Shown: in pieces, positions 39,335 to 49,814 of the stretch
Numbering within the stretch: position 1 is the first letter of the stretch
How the letters are laid out: each line of letters starts with the position of its first letter
Assembly: GCA_963804165.1 (NCBI GenBank)
Contig: CAWDPO010000035.1
Location: 32,001-96,000 of the forward strand
Length of the DNA stretch: 64,000 nt
Direction: 5' to 3'
Source: an uncultured delta proteobacterium
Lineage (GTDB): Bacteria; Desulfobacterota; Binatia; UBA9968
The notes under the pieces: generated by a model
What the model saw: the letters and a program-made list of their open reading frames with translations, nothing else
What the model was told of the DNA's origin: nothing
Databases searched by the model: none
Made by a program: the position numbers and the translations under genes

Positions 39335-39545
39335 GGAATTCCTGATCATTAGCGTCGCGTGTGGCTGGTCGCGATCGTTAATCTCTGAGACTTCTTGCTA
39401 ACCCCAAGATCCGGTCGAGGAATAACGTGGATTCTCTGGCGCGCGGTGGCGAGTTTTTGAATTGAGACTTAGTGAACTCAGGTCGTGATTCCGTCGGATG
39501 TTAGGGGCCGCAAGACCTGGGGCAATTGGATAGGGGAGGTGGCAA

Positions 39546-39707
39546 ATGGCGCGCGGTGTGAAAATGCAAACGACTCTAGGAGACCTAATTGTTGCGCTCA
39601 CCGATGAAGCAGGGCGGGATGTACGCGACGAAAAGATGGCCTACGAGCTTGTCGCTTATATCCTGACGGGCATGATTAACGGTTCGACCCAACGAAGGTT
39701 ACGCTGA
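39546..39707 (+). CDS. Small hypothetical protein (53 aa, below the ORF-track cutoff)
   Basis: GGAGGT RBS; MARGVKMQTTLGDLIVALTDEAGRDVRDEKMAYELVAYILTGMINGSTQRRLR. Confidence 0.6.
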   Translation: MARGVKMQTTLGDLIVALTDEAGRDVRDEKMAYELVAYILTGMINGSTQRRLR

Positions 39708-39938
39708 GCAGTTGTTCCAAATTTGCAGCCCTCGCAGATCATTCGTTCGGAGCAACAGCCATGTGCCCGGGGAGATCCACGTCGTCACCCGCCGGAATTG
39801 TCGGCGTAGCCGATTGACCGTTGACGCTCTTAACCGGACGCTGATCGAACCCTCACGCAAATTATTGGCAGTGATCGAGGCCAAGCGGGCAGTTAATTTA
39901 TTCGGCAAAGTCAAACAAACGCAGAAAGGAGCAATATT

Positions 39939-40190
39939 GTGAAAAATACAAAGCTTTTAGTGATCGCAGGCGCGACTCTGGGGCTCGCGTTATCGCTGAG
40001 CGCGTGCGACAAGAAATCCGAGGAGGCTCCGTCGGGCATTGGGACGACTCAGGCCCCGCCAGCACCGGACAAAACCGCGCCCGAACAGTCGAGCAAATCT
40101 CCGGGCAGCCCTGAAACAGGAACCGGGGGTACATCGGGATTGATGCCGGAGAAAAAATCCGACGATGTTAGCAAATCACAAAAGGGCTAA
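39939..40190 (+). CDS. Small low-complexity lipoprotein
   Basis: AAGGAG RBS; lipobox LSAC; S/P/G/T-rich. Confidence 0.75.
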   Translation: MKNTKLLVIAGATLGLALSLSACDKKSEEAPSGIGTTQAPPAPDKTAPEQSSKSPGSPETGTGGTSGLMPEKKSDDVSKSQKG

Positions 40191-40231
40191 TACGGCTGCG
40201 GGCGAGATCACACAATCCGCTGGAGTACGCG

Positions 40232-40489
40232 ATGTTTAAAGCGGCCACGCTGTTAATCACATTGCTAGTTCCGGCGATTTTAAGCGCCGCCGAACTGAAG
40301 GGAACGGTATTAAAGGTCAAACGAGCGGAAAATCAAATCGTGCTCAAAACCGAGCGCGGTGAAGAGACGCTCTTGACCACCAAGGCGACCAAGGGCATCG
40401 AGAACGCCAAAGAGGGCGCCAAGGTGATCGTAATCTTCAGCGAGAAGGACGGTCAACCCAAAATTAGTGAAATCGCTCCGGACATTTAA
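40232..40489 (+). CDS. Small secreted OB-fold-like protein
   Basis: GGAG RBS, signal peptide, KGTVLKV...EGAKVIV. Confidence 0.75.
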   Translation: MFKAATLLITLLVPAILSAAELKGTVLKVKRAENQIVLKTERGEETLLTTKATKGIENAKEGAKVIVIFSEKDGQPKISEIAPDI

Positions 40490-40566
40490 CTAACCGTCGC
40501 TACGCAGTGTATGCGACGCGGGGGCCAAAAATTAGTGCTCCGGCGAAGTGAAAACCAGCGGTAGCT

Positions 40567-40599
40567 GCGCGCTCTCTGCCGTAGAGGCAGAGGGCGCGC
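40567..40599. terminator. GC-rich hairpin, possible terminator
   Basis: gcgcgctctctgcc gtaga ggcagagggcgcgc; no U-tract. Confidence 0.4.
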
Positions 40600-40618
40600 G
40601 GGAGATCGCTACCATGAT

Positions 40619-40825
40619 TTGTGCGCGAAGCGTATCAATGGTGATCGCTCCAATCGTTCGCGCAGTAGAAAATCCGTGAGTCTATTGATTGTTAAATGCC
40701 AGGCCTGCAAGGGGAGGGGGTATGTGCGGAAGTTTTTGCTAGGGCGACGGCTTTGCGGGCACTGCAGAGGCTGGGGGACAACACCCGCCTTCACCGACTA
40801 CAAACGTAAATTCAAAGGGCGATAG
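40619..40825 (+). CDS. Small DnaJ-type zinc-finger protein
   Basis: Two CxxCxGxG motifs (CQACKGRG, CGHCRGWG); start uncertain. Confidence 0.55.
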   Translation: MCAKRINGDRSNRSRSRKSVSLLIVKCQACKGRGYVRKFLLGRRLCGHCRGWGTTPAFTDYKRKFKGR

Positions 40826-40921
40826 TCGACGAACTTCTAGGGCGGTTTTCTGGCGCTGGCGTCACGCGCCGTAGAAAGGGTGTTAAGCGCGCGAACGGCG
40901 AATTGCGAATTATGAACGCGG

Positions 40922-41567
40922 CTAATGTTTAAGTGCAAAAATCAAAAACGTTTGCCGATCTAAAAAGTCGAGCTCCTGATCTAAGACGTAGCCCGCCTGC
41001 TCCATTTCCCGCTTAATGAATTCACTCGGCGTGTAGTGACGCAGGAGTCCTTCCAACCAAGCGCGGCGGTCGAAGTCGATAATCGCAACCTTGCCTCCGG
41101 GGCGCAGATATTTGCGCAGATTGGAAAAATAGGTCACACGGTTGTCGATGTGATGGTAGGTATTGGACGTAAAAACCAAATCCACGCCGGTGGCGGGAAG
41201 CACCGGGTCGTCGGGTTTGGCGAGAATCGGCTCGATCAGCGACGCGAGCTTCCTTTTTCGCGCGCTCCGCGATCAAAGTGACCATGTCCTGATCGGTGTC
41301 CACGGCGTAGACTTTACCCGTCGGGGCGACGGCTTTTGCCAACCTGAAGGCAAAATAGCCACCCCCTGAGCCAAGATCGGCGACGAGATTTCCCGGTTGC
41401 AAATGGAGTGCGGCGATGACTTTTTCCGGCTGTTGCCAGTCGTCGCGGCTCAAGCCTTCATAGGCGCACTGCTTAAACCGAGCGCAACTAACGATCAGCA
41501 GTGCGCCGAACAGGAAACTGAGAGACCGCCATGTCTTGGCGAACGGCGGCCGAGCAAGTTTCGCCAT
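40922..41567 (-). CDS. Class I SAM methyltransferase, probable lipoprotein (apparent frameshift near 41245)
   Basis: RDDWQQPEKV, VADLGSGGGYF, VYAVD; then NTYHHID, LRPGGKVAIIDF. Confidence 0.85.
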
Positions 41568-41573
41568 CTTCCT

Positions 41574-41972
41574 TTATGCGCTTGGCTTTGCGGGCGGTGT
41601 TCCCGATGCAACGTGCGCGACTGCGCGCGCCACTTTCTGTCGCAGATCGACAACGTCGAACGGCTTGCCGATAAAATCGAATGCGCCGCAGGTTGTCGCT
41701 TGAGCTGCCAACTGTTGGGAGTTGACACCGGTTAGCATGATCACTGCGCAGCCGGGGTGAATCTCCTTGATGCGCCGAAGCACCTCGATGCCGTCGGCTT
41801 TCGGCATCAGCACATCGAGGAGCACGACGTCGGGTTGCGCTTCCTGCACTTGGGAGATTGCAGAGTCGATGTTATCGGCTTCAAGCAAACGGAATGCCTT
41901 GCCGAATACCATTTTTAGTGACTCGCGTACGCCCATCTCGTCGTCTACAAGCAGCAAAAGGGGAGTATCCAT
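41574..41972 (-). CDS. Single-domain response regulator
   Basis: LVDDE, VLLDVLMP, MLTG, KPF. Confidence 0.9.
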   Translation of the reverse strand: MDTPLLLLVDDEMGVRESLKMVFGKAFRLLEADNIDSAISQVQEAQPDVVLLDVLMPKADGIEVLRRIKEIHPGCAVIMLTGVNSQQLAAQATTCGAFDFIGKPFDVVDLRQKVARAVAHVASGTPPAKPSA

Positions 41973-42226
41973 AAATGTCGTTGCGGTGGACGTGCGGTGA
42001 GTGGAGTCCTGCGTTTACTGTCTCACTTACCTGAGCCGCTAGCAAGGATGATTTCTGATGCGCAGATGGAGCCCCGCAGATTAGGGAGTCAGATCGACTT
42101 GAAGGGCAGCACCACGGCGCGTGCCCTTGTCGGTGCAGACCGCTCGTTGGAAAACCGCATGGATCGCCAATCTTTGCTAATTCAAGCTCAGGGAAGCTCG
42201 GGGCGCGGTCAGGCGCCGCAGCGCCA

Positions 42227-43402
42227 TCAGCGCAACGCCAGCTCGACGCAACGGGCCGGCTGCGTCAAATGTTTCGCGCATTCCTGGGCCACCTCAGCGG
42301 ATGACTTTTCGAATGTAGTTTTCAGGTATTGCGCGCTAGCGCTGAAGCAGTTGCCCTGATCGTTCACCTGGTTGAACGCCGCGCAAAACGGCAGCGCGTA
42401 GCGGCCGTCCCAGGTATTGTCGATCAAAGCATACACCGCGCCGCGCATGCAGGCGTTGCGACCGTCGCCGGCCGCGAGCTCGCATTTTTGCGCGGTGGTG
42501 AGCGGATTGCCAAAGCGCACGTCGTTGGATAGGTCGCGGCCAACGGAAAGTATGCATTGTTCGCGAAACTCCCCGGCTTTGTCGCATTCCTTAAAAACGG
42601 CTTCGGTGGCAAGTCCCATTTCGGTCATGCGCGAGGTCTGCATAACGTAACACTCGCTGCGGTACTTGAGGTCTACTTTGTTGCACGGGTAGTGAAAATC
42701 AGTCGGGCTCAAGTCGCGGGTTTCCGGCGTCGCATTAAAAACATTTTCCATGAATACGCCACCGTAGCAGGAGGTGCGGCTCCAATCCTCCGGCAAAGCA
42801 TCGCAGGCTTCGAGGGATTGACTCAACTGGTAGCGGGAAAAAAACAACAATGCGTGTCCGAGTCCGTGCAGGCACTGAAAACGGTATCGATAAGGAACTT
42901 TGGGATCGCAGGCAATGGCCGCCTTTTGTTTGAGCTCCGCGGCGCTCGGATGCTTATCGACTTGGGCGTAAATGTCATCGCCGCGCAGAAAGCGCTCGAC
43001 GGAGCCGTGATAGCAGCCTGAATGGCAGGTCTGGTCGCATGCTAAAAACGAATCGTGAATGTTTCCCTTGACGCGGTAGGTTTCGCGGCCGATGGCGTGT
43101 ACGACAGGATGACAGTCGCGCCTGAGCTCAGGGTCTTCAGCCGAGAAGCGCTCGATCAACTGCAGTGCTTCACCGGTGGAATGCCTTTCCAGCGCCGCAC
43201 GAAAAAGTTGGTCCAGACACGCGGCGCTGTGCGCCGTATTCATGCAATCCTTGACGGCTTGGAGATTTGGCAGCTGTGGCTCTGCTCCCGGCGCCGCGGC
43301 TGAATTGGGATCTTGCGCCGGTGCCGGTGGATTCCATGAACATGCGAGCAGCCACGTGAGCAGAATGATTACTCCTCGCAGCAGATATTTATGGCGCGCC
43401 AT
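42227..43402 (-). CDS. Secreted Cys/His-rich repeat protein of unknown function
   Basis: Signal peptide; CHPVVHAIG, CHSGCYHG, CLHGLGH, CYGGVFME; regularly spaced Cys. Confidence 0.8.
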   Translation of the reverse strand: MARHKYLLRGVIILLTWLLACSWNPPAPAQDPNSAAAPGAEPQLPNLQAVKDCMNTAHSAACLDQLFRAALERHSTGEALQLIERFSAEDPELRRDCHPVVHAIGRETYRVKGNIHDSFLACDQTCHSGCYHGSVERFLRGDDIYAQVDKHPSAAELKQKAAIACDPKVPYRYRFQCLHGLGHALLFFSRYQLSQSLEACDALPEDWSRTSCYGGVFMENVFNATPETRDLSPTDFHYPCNKVDLKYRSECYVMQTSRMTEMGLATEAVFKECDKAGEFREQCILSVGRDLSNDVRFGNPLTTAQKCELAAGDGRNACMRGAVYALIDNTWDGRYALPFCAAFNQVNDQGNCFSASAQYLKTTFEKSSAEVAQECAKHLTQPARCVELALR

Positions 43403-43604
43403 CAGACCCTCCCGTAGTTTGCCTCAGATAGTAGCCAAATCGATTGCTGTCCGCAATTTATTCAAGCGTTTAGTCGAGAAACCGATGGCTAAGTCACGGC
43501 GCAACGGAGAACTGAAAGCCGGCCGCCGCGTTATTCAAAATCGATCGTTTTGTGGTACTCTGACAATAAACGATCTTCGAGCTTATACGTCTAAACTCGT
43601 TGCC

Positions 43605-44462
43605 ATGGGTAAACTCAAAGTGAATCTCGCGGCTGCGCTCGTTGCCGCCGCGTGTCTTTATGTGTTCTCCGCTTCCGCGGCCGGCCAAGCCATGATCAAG
43701 CCGGAGGCGGTGCCGGCTTATCAACCGAAGCACTTCCCGTTCGAGGCAGGCGAAAAGGAAGTCTACCAAGCCACTTGGAACGGCATGATCGCGGTAGCTA
43801 CGGCTGAAGTCCATACCACGCCGGCCGTTGTCGACGGGCGGAAGGTTTATCAGGTGCGCGTCGAAGCGAAAACTTCCAAGATGCTGGATTTCATCTGGCG
43901 AATGCGCGACACGATCAGCTCGACATTCGACGCCAAGGCGCTCGCGCCGTCGCGATATACGTTCAGCCAGCGGGAAAACTCCAAGGTGATCGATACCGAG
44001 GCCAAGCTCGATCACGTCACCAAGCGCTGGGCGGTGAATCGGCAGCAGGTCGGCAAAAAAACGAGAATTTATCAGTTTGATGCGCAAAACACTCTCGATC
44101 CGATCACCGCGGTCTATCTGGCCCGGAGCACTGACTTCAAGGTCGGCGATAGACTTTATTTCAAAGTCTTCGGCGGCCGGTATCAGTACCTGCTCGAGTT
44201 GTTCGTCGAGAAAAAGGAGCCGGTTGCAATGGAGTCCGGTAAAACCGTCGAGGCTTACCGGATCATTCCGCGCATACAAAACATTACCAAGAAAGGTTAC
44301 GCGAGCCGTTTAAACGAGGCGACGGTTTGGATCTCGGCGGATGAACGGCGCTTGCCGATTAAGCTCAGCAGCAAGATCGTATTCGGCACCGTTTATCTGG
44401 AGTTGGTGCAGACAAGCCGGACGCAGTCCACCGCTGCCGATGCGCGCCGGCCGGCGTCTTGA
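43605..44462 (+). CDS. DUF3108-domain secreted protein
   Basis: Signal peptide; PFEAGE..Y, TLDPITA.Y, VWISADERRLP. Confidence 0.82.
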   Translation: MGKLKVNLAAALVAAACLYVFSASAAGQAMIKPEAVPAYQPKHFPFEAGEKEVYQATWNGMIAVATAEVHTTPAVVDGRKVYQVRVEAKTSKMLDFIWRMRDTISSTFDAKALAPSRYTFSQRENSKVIDTEAKLDHVTKRWAVNRQQVGKKTRIYQFDAQNTLDPITAVYLARSTDFKVGDRLYFKVFGGRYQYLLELFVEKKEPVAMESGKTVEAYRIIPRIQNITKKGYASRLNEATVWISADERRLPIKLSSKIVFGTVYLELVQTSRTQSTAADARRPAS

Positions 44463-44496
44463 TCGAAAGTTTGACTCGATGTTGAGTTAGCCTAGC

Positions 44497-45211
44497 GTGA
44501 AAAGAACAACTACATCTCGGCAAGTTCGCCAGTGTCTACCTGTGGCTTTGCTGCTCCTGGCGGCGACCGTTTCAGGCTGCGTCGCCGTCGCGCCGTCGCC
44601 GTCGACGCGCCGCGCGCCGAGAGAAGACTATCCGTCGCCACCGCCTTCGTCCTCATCGCGACGCGTCGACTCCTACGAGGCCGAGCGCTTGCGTCGAGTG
44701 ATGGTGCCGCTCCTCCAGGCGATGGATCGTCCTTGCCGGGCCGACCAAGTGCGAGTGGGCATCATCAACCAGGATGAGATCAACGCCGGCGAACGCCGGC
44801 AATTGTGAATTCTACGTTACCGCGGGGCTTTTGCGCCGTGCGAATGAGGATCAGTTGCGCGGTATTTTTGCTCATGAAATTGCTCACGAAGACCTCGGTC
44901 ATGTCGCGAAAGCGCAGGTGCTTGGCGCCGGTCTCAATATTCTCGCGGCGGGGCTGCAACAGCTTTTTCCCGCCAGCGGCGTCCTAGCGCCGATCGCGGG
45001 CGAACTCGTGGCGCGCAGTTATAGCCGCAATGAGGAATATGCGGCCGATCGCCATGGCGTAGAAATACTGCGTCGCGCCGGCTATTCCAAAGAAACGCTG
45101 CTCGATTCGCTTACCTGGATCCGTCGGGTCGGCGGCGATGGCGGCGGCGGATTTCTCTCCACCCATCCCGGCCTTGATGAGCGCATCGCGACGATTCAAA
45201 AATTGCGATAG
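44497..45211 (+). CDS. M48 family metallopeptidase lipoprotein (apparent frameshift near 44790)
   Basis: Lipobox SGC; INA, AHEIAH, SRNEEYAAD, STHP. Confidence 0.88.
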
Positions 45212-45320
45212 TTGGCCGGTAGGCGTCGCTTTTCTGAATTTTATCTCTCTTTCCCACGGGTTAACACCTGTAAACAAATTTTCGGCTGTCGCGTCTAATG
45301 CTACAAGGAGGCCGAAAACC

Positions 45321-45682
45321 ATGAATTTTATCGCGGGCATTTCAAGAAAAAGTTTACGATTTGTCGCAGGTGTCGCTGTGGGAACCACGTTGCTGGCCGG
45401 ATGCGCCGGTGGCGCGCTGACTACCCGTGAAAAAGGCGCGGGAATCGGGGCTCTCGGTGGCGCCGCAGCGGGTGGAATTATCGGTTCGGCCGTACGGCAT
45501 CCGGGGCGGGCGCGGCGATCGGAGCGGCTTTAGGTTTGGGCGCCGGCGCGTTAGTCGGCGATCAGCTACAGGGGCGTGACAATGCCGCCTACGAGCAGGA
45601 TCGCCAGATCAACGATAACCAGCAAGAAATTCTGCGTCAGCGGCGCGAGCTTGAAGAACTCCGGCGCCGGCCTGAGTACTAA
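45321..45682 (+). CDS. Glycine-zipper lipoprotein (apparent frameshift near 45510)
   Basis: AAGGAGG RBS; LAGC; TTREKGAGIGALGGAAAGGIIG...GAGALVGDQLQ. Confidence 0.82.
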
Positions 45683-45707
45683 CTTCTCAACTCGACACCT
45701 ACTTTAA

Positions 45708-45740
45708 CAATGGGGGGCAATTGCCCCCCATTGAGTTTTT
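45708..45740 (+). terminator. Rho-independent terminator
   Basis: Perfect 26-bp palindrome caatggggggcaattgccccccattg followed by agttttt. Confidence 0.7.
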
Positions 45741-45798
45741 AGGCGGCGCAATTGACGTTGACCAGACAAATTTTTACGACACGCGCGTGAGTCGACGC

Positions 45799-46781
45799 AT
45801 GCCGCAAGTTTTCGGGCATCTCAAGCCGTTTCTCTGTTTCATTGTTATCGTCATCGCCTGTATCAGCTTCGCAGATCGGAGCGCTCGCGGCGAATATTTG
45901 TCTCCCGGCAATCACACGGTGACACTAACGCACGGGACCCGAGAGCGCAGCGCCATCGTTCACGTTCCCTTGCGAGCGATAGACGCGCGTGAAATCCCAG
46001 TCATTGTTAATTTTCATGGCGGCGGCGGTCACGGCGCCAACGAGCAGGAGTATTCACTGATGGATCGGCTCGCCGATCGCGAAACTTTTGTTGCCGTATA
46101 TCCCAACGGTAGCGGACGCTTCGGTAACCGGCTGCTGACTTGGAACGCGGGCACCTGCTGCGCCTACGCGGCATTAAATGGCGTCGACGACGTCGGCTTC
46201 GTGCGCGCGCTGGTCGGCCGGTTGGCCGAATCGATTCCCATCGATCGGCGACGCATCTATGCAACCGGGCTTTCGAACGGCGCGATGATGTCGCACCGGC
46301 TCGCGGCTGAAGCCGCCGACCTGATAGCCGCGATCGCGCCGATGGCCGGCGGCATGGTGGTGTCCGGGATCAAATCGACGCGCGCGGTTCCCGTGATGCA
46401 TATTCACAGTGTCGACGACCCTCGTGCGCTTTATAACGGCGGTCTCGGATTGCCGTTTCCATTGACCAAGAGCCAAGTGTTTCATCCGAATATCGACCAC
46501 ATGATCGCGCGCTGGGCGAAACATAACGGCTGCGCGGCGGAGCCGACGATCGAGGATCGCCGCTCCATGGCGACGGCCGCGGTCAAAGCGCAACTCGATA
46601 CATTTACTCGCGCTGCCGCGACGGCGCCGAGGTCAATCTTTGGAAGCTTACCGGCGCGGGCCACGTCTGGCCCGGCGGCAAGCAAAAGTTCATGGAGCAT
46701 ATCCTCGGTCCTTCGACCGAAATTATCGACGCCAACCAGGAGATGTGGAAATTCTTCCAGCGCTTCTCTCTGCCATCTTAG
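45799..46781 (+). CDS. LpqC/PHB-depolymerase family esterase (apparent frameshift near 46560)
   Basis: FHGGGG, WNAGTCC, DDVGFV, GLSNGAMM; the shifted frame continues GHVWPGG...MWKFF. Confidence 0.85.
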
Positions 46782-46925
46782 CCCATCACAAAGGTCACGA
46801 AGAGCGCGAAAAAGGGGGTGAAAAATCTTTCGTCCCTAGTCCCTTCGCGTGCTCCTTTGAACATTTGGCTTTAGACCGCGCAATTAACCGACTTAGAAAA
46901 AGCTTATGGCGACAGCGTCCCAATC

Positions 46926-47021
46926 CTTCCCCTTGACGGGGAAGGAAAAAGGTAGGGGTGATGGTTCTTATCCGGTTTGCGGGCACTCCTATCCCGGCCT
47001 TTCCCCGTCAAGGGGAAAGGA
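46926..47021. repeat. REP doublet/MITE-like inverted pair
   Basis: ccttccccttgacggggaagg ... cctttccccgtcaaggggaaagg. Confidence 0.75.
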
Positions 47022-47188
47022 GATCGAGGCAACTTGCAGCGATACGCTGACATTTTCATCTTCTGTGGCGAGCGTAATCTCATGAATCACTTCCTGGTGA
47101 AATATCCGTATCGCCTCGGTTATCACTCTCGTTGCGGCTATGCCGCGCTGGGTCCTTCGTGGTGAATCGAATCTTGTCCATGTCCCCC

Positions 47189-48697
47189 TGTCAAGCCATC
47201 TCAAAATCTAACCGGAGCTAGGATTCGTTGAGTCATGTGAAAATCTAACCGAAGGTTGTGTTCGAATCTGTCGTTGTATTTCATATTTCTGACTCTTTAG
47301 TTTTTGGCTAAAGGTCCAGTCTCTCCATGCTGAGCCTGATCGATGAGATACAGAGCGAGTCTTTTGTGGGTCGAGTTGAGGGTTTGGCCGCAGTTCTCTT
47401 ATCTGGGTTTTCTCTCGCGTAGCACCATTTCGTTGGGCAGCTAAAGGGTAAAGAGAGTCGAGTTGCTGATCGATGCGACGTGACAGTTCAAAAGGGTCGG
47501 TATTTTGCACCAGGGATTTTAGCTCCTGGATCTGTGGGAGAGTTTTCTTTTGGGATTTGAGCACCCGCTCCACAGGAGTAGTGGGCTGATCGTAATGGCG
47601 CATCACCCGCGAGCCTTTACGGACTTTGCTTCGAAGCTTCATGGAAGGCTGGAACAGATTCTGAAAGATCCGAAGCTGCTCATAGAGCTGATTGATCCTC
47701 TTTAGGGCTTCTAAAGTGTCATAGCGCTCCCAGCCCAAGAGTTTGCGCACGTGGGTCCAGTTTTTCTGTTCCACATGCGCATTGTCATCTTTTTTGTAGG
47801 GGCGCGAGCGGGTGAACTGGACTCTAGAGGTTTTGGGTCTTTGCTGACAGAAGTTAAACAGGTGGGTATTGATGAACGCGCTGCCGTTGTCGGAGTCAAT
47901 GCCGCGCAGTGCGAAAGGCAAGCGCTGCTCAATGGCCTTAAGGGCGGCGACGATCCCGAGCTGTCCTTTGCCCATGACGGCCTGTCGTTCTACCCAGCCG
48001 GTGGCGATGTCGACACAGTCCAGGGTGTAGAGGAACTCTCCGGCTGCCGAGGCACCTGAATGCGAGACCAGATCGATTTCCAGATAGCCCGGCAACGTCA
48101 CGTCCCAATGGTCGGTTTTAATGGGAATCATCTGTTTAAGAAGCGAGCCCGGGCGAGTGGTGCCATAGAGGCGGCGTTTGACAGCGAACTTGTGAGAGCG
48201 CAACCGACGATCGATTTGACGGGCGCTGACCGCCAAGAGCTCTTTTTCCAATTCTCCGTTCACCTTAAAGTACTTCTTGATCGAGGGGAGCCACTGCGGC
48301 AGTGCCGCCTTCAGACGCTGGGAGCACAGATATCCGGAGGCTTCCCAGACTTTGGCCAGCGTCGCAATGCTTGCCCTACTGTAGATCACCGAGCGCGGCG
48401 TCACACCTCTGCACACAGCGGCGTTGGGCAAAGGACGGCTTAAAAGCCAGATGGCGTACTTCCGGTTGTAACCGCACACCTTGCAGAACTCTTCCAACAT
48501 CGCGGTCTTCTCTGTGCGCCGCCCTTGTCGGTAGCGCTTATGAATCGATCGCAAATACTCCCTCTTGGATTGTCGCGCCATACTGAATCCCTCCATCACT
48601 CCCCCTCCTTCTCCTCGCATCATGAGGCCAAGGAGGGTTAGATTTCCAAATGGCGCAACGAACCTTTACTCGGTTAGATTATACACGGCGCAATACG
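47189..48697 (-). mobile_element. Insertion element with one DDE (rve) transposase and two repeated end motifs at each end
   Basis: Motif similar to TTGMGYCAT-N5-AAATCTAACCG at 47191 and 47228, and inverted at 48636 and 48671; left end begins TGT; no clear TSD. Confidence 0.8.
47208..48596 (-). CDS. DDE-type integrase-core transposase
   Basis: PGYLEIDLVSH, IDSDNGS, FTRSRPYKKDDNAHVEQKN. Confidence 0.92.
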   Translation of the reverse strand: MEGFSMARQSKREYLRSIHKRYRQGRRTEKTAMLEEFCKVCGYNRKYAIWLLSRPLPNAAVCRGVTPRSVIYSRASIATLAKVWEASGYLCSQRLKAALPQWLPSIKKYFKVNGELEKELLAVSARQIDRRLRSHKFAVKRRLYGTTRPGSLLKQMIPIKTDHWDVTLPGYLEIDLVSHSGASAAGEFLYTLDCVDIATGWVERQAVMGKGQLGIVAALKAIEQRLPFALRGIDSDNGSAFINTHLFNFCQQRPKTSRVQFTRSRPYKKDDNAHVEQKNWTHVRKLLGWERYDTLEALKRINQLYEQLRIFQNLFQPSMKLRSKVRKGSRVMRHYDQPTTPVERVLKSQKKTLPQIQELKSLVQNTDPFELSRRIDQQLDSLYPLAAQRNGATREKTQIRELRPNPQLDPQKTRSVSHRSGSAWRDWTFSQKLKSQKYEIQRQIRTQPSVRFSHDSTNPSSG

Positions 48698-48739
48698 TCA
48701 ACTTGATCGCTATTGGCTCTCGCTTTAGACTCAGCGCCT

Positions 48740-49600
48740 GTGAAAATTCTTATTACCGGCGCGGCCGGGCTTGTCGGCAGTCATTTCACCCGACGTTTAG
48801 CGCAGGCGCATGACGTGCTGGCGCTGGGCCACGGCGATCTCGACATCACGGATCGCGGCGCAGTAGAGCGTTGCGTAACAGACATGAAGCCGGCATTAAT
48901 CATCAATTGCGCGGTGCTTCAAGTCGACGATTCCGAAAAGGATCCGGCTAAAGCCAAGGCTGTCAATGTCGACGGGCCGGAATTTCTAGCCGAAGCCGCA
49001 AGCAAAGTCGGCGCGGAAATCATCCATTTCAGTACCCAGTACGCTTTCGAAGGCGAGCCTCTCCGGCGGGCGCCGTACACCATAAAGGACGCACCGGCTC
49101 CGGTAAACGTCTATGGCAAAACTAAACTTATCGGTGAAGAGGCCGTGCATGAAGCTTGTGCTCGGAGCTATATCATCCGCACTTCTTGGGTTTACGGCAG
49201 CGGCAAAAACAGTTTTCTTTGTACCGTGCACAATGATCTCAAAAACGGCAAAAGGGTGCGTGCTATCGACGACATCTGGTCGAGCACGACCTATGTAGAA
49301 GATCTGATCGACCGGATGATGCTCATCCGCCGAAACGGTTTTTACGGCACCTTCCACGTTGTTAACGCCGGGATCTGCAGCTATTACGAGTTTGCCCTCG
49401 AGGCCGCGCGGCTCGCCGGTTTGGGAAGGACCCAAGCCGATCGGTTGATCGAAGTCACCCACGAGCGCGATATGAAGCGGGTAGCAGCGCGGCCGCGTTA
49501 CACACCGCTGCGCTGCCTGTTATCAGAAGAACTCGGCTTGCCGGCAATGCGCGATTGGCATGAAGCCCTGGCGGCATATGTTGGAAGGGAAGTGAAGTGA
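48740..49600 (+). CDS. rfbD: dTDP-4-dehydrorhamnose reductase-like SDR
   Basis: ITGAAGLVG, DLDITD, YGKTK, RTSWVYG, AARPRY; HFSTQY diverges from the usual STDY. Confidence 0.82.
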   Translation: MKILITGAAGLVGSHFTRRLAQAHDVLALGHGDLDITDRGAVERCVTDMKPALIINCAVLQVDDSEKDPAKAKAVNVDGPEFLAEAASKVGAEIIHFSTQYAFEGEPLRRAPYTIKDAPAPVNVYGKTKLIGEEAVHEACARSYIIRTSWVYGSGKNSFLCTVHNDLKNGKRVRAIDDIWSSTTYVEDLIDRMMLIRRNGFYGTFHVVNAGICSYYEFALEAARLAGLGRTQADRLIEVTHERDMKRVAARPRYTPLRCLLSEELGLPAMRDWHEALAAYVGREVK

Positions 49601-49814
49601 CGGAGTACGGACTGAAAACTTATGAGCGGTTCTCTCAAATCGCCCGCACGTTCTAATCGTCATTCCCACGTTTGAACCGGAAATCCGGGCGGTCCGCAAA
49701 GAAACTACGGCTGACTGCGAGGACACTTGCGCTGCTCTCCGGTACAAGCCGATAACCCGTGATGACGTTCCACCCACGCTGACCGAAAAAGCCGTTATCT
49801 GTTTTCCATCGCAT

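Noticed and set aside
43176-43604. Long N-terminal extensions in the ORF track (also 24900, 24994, 33782, 34585, 58885, 62137)
   Set aside because: They overlap neighbouring genes or repeats; downstream starts with an RBS or signal peptide fit better.
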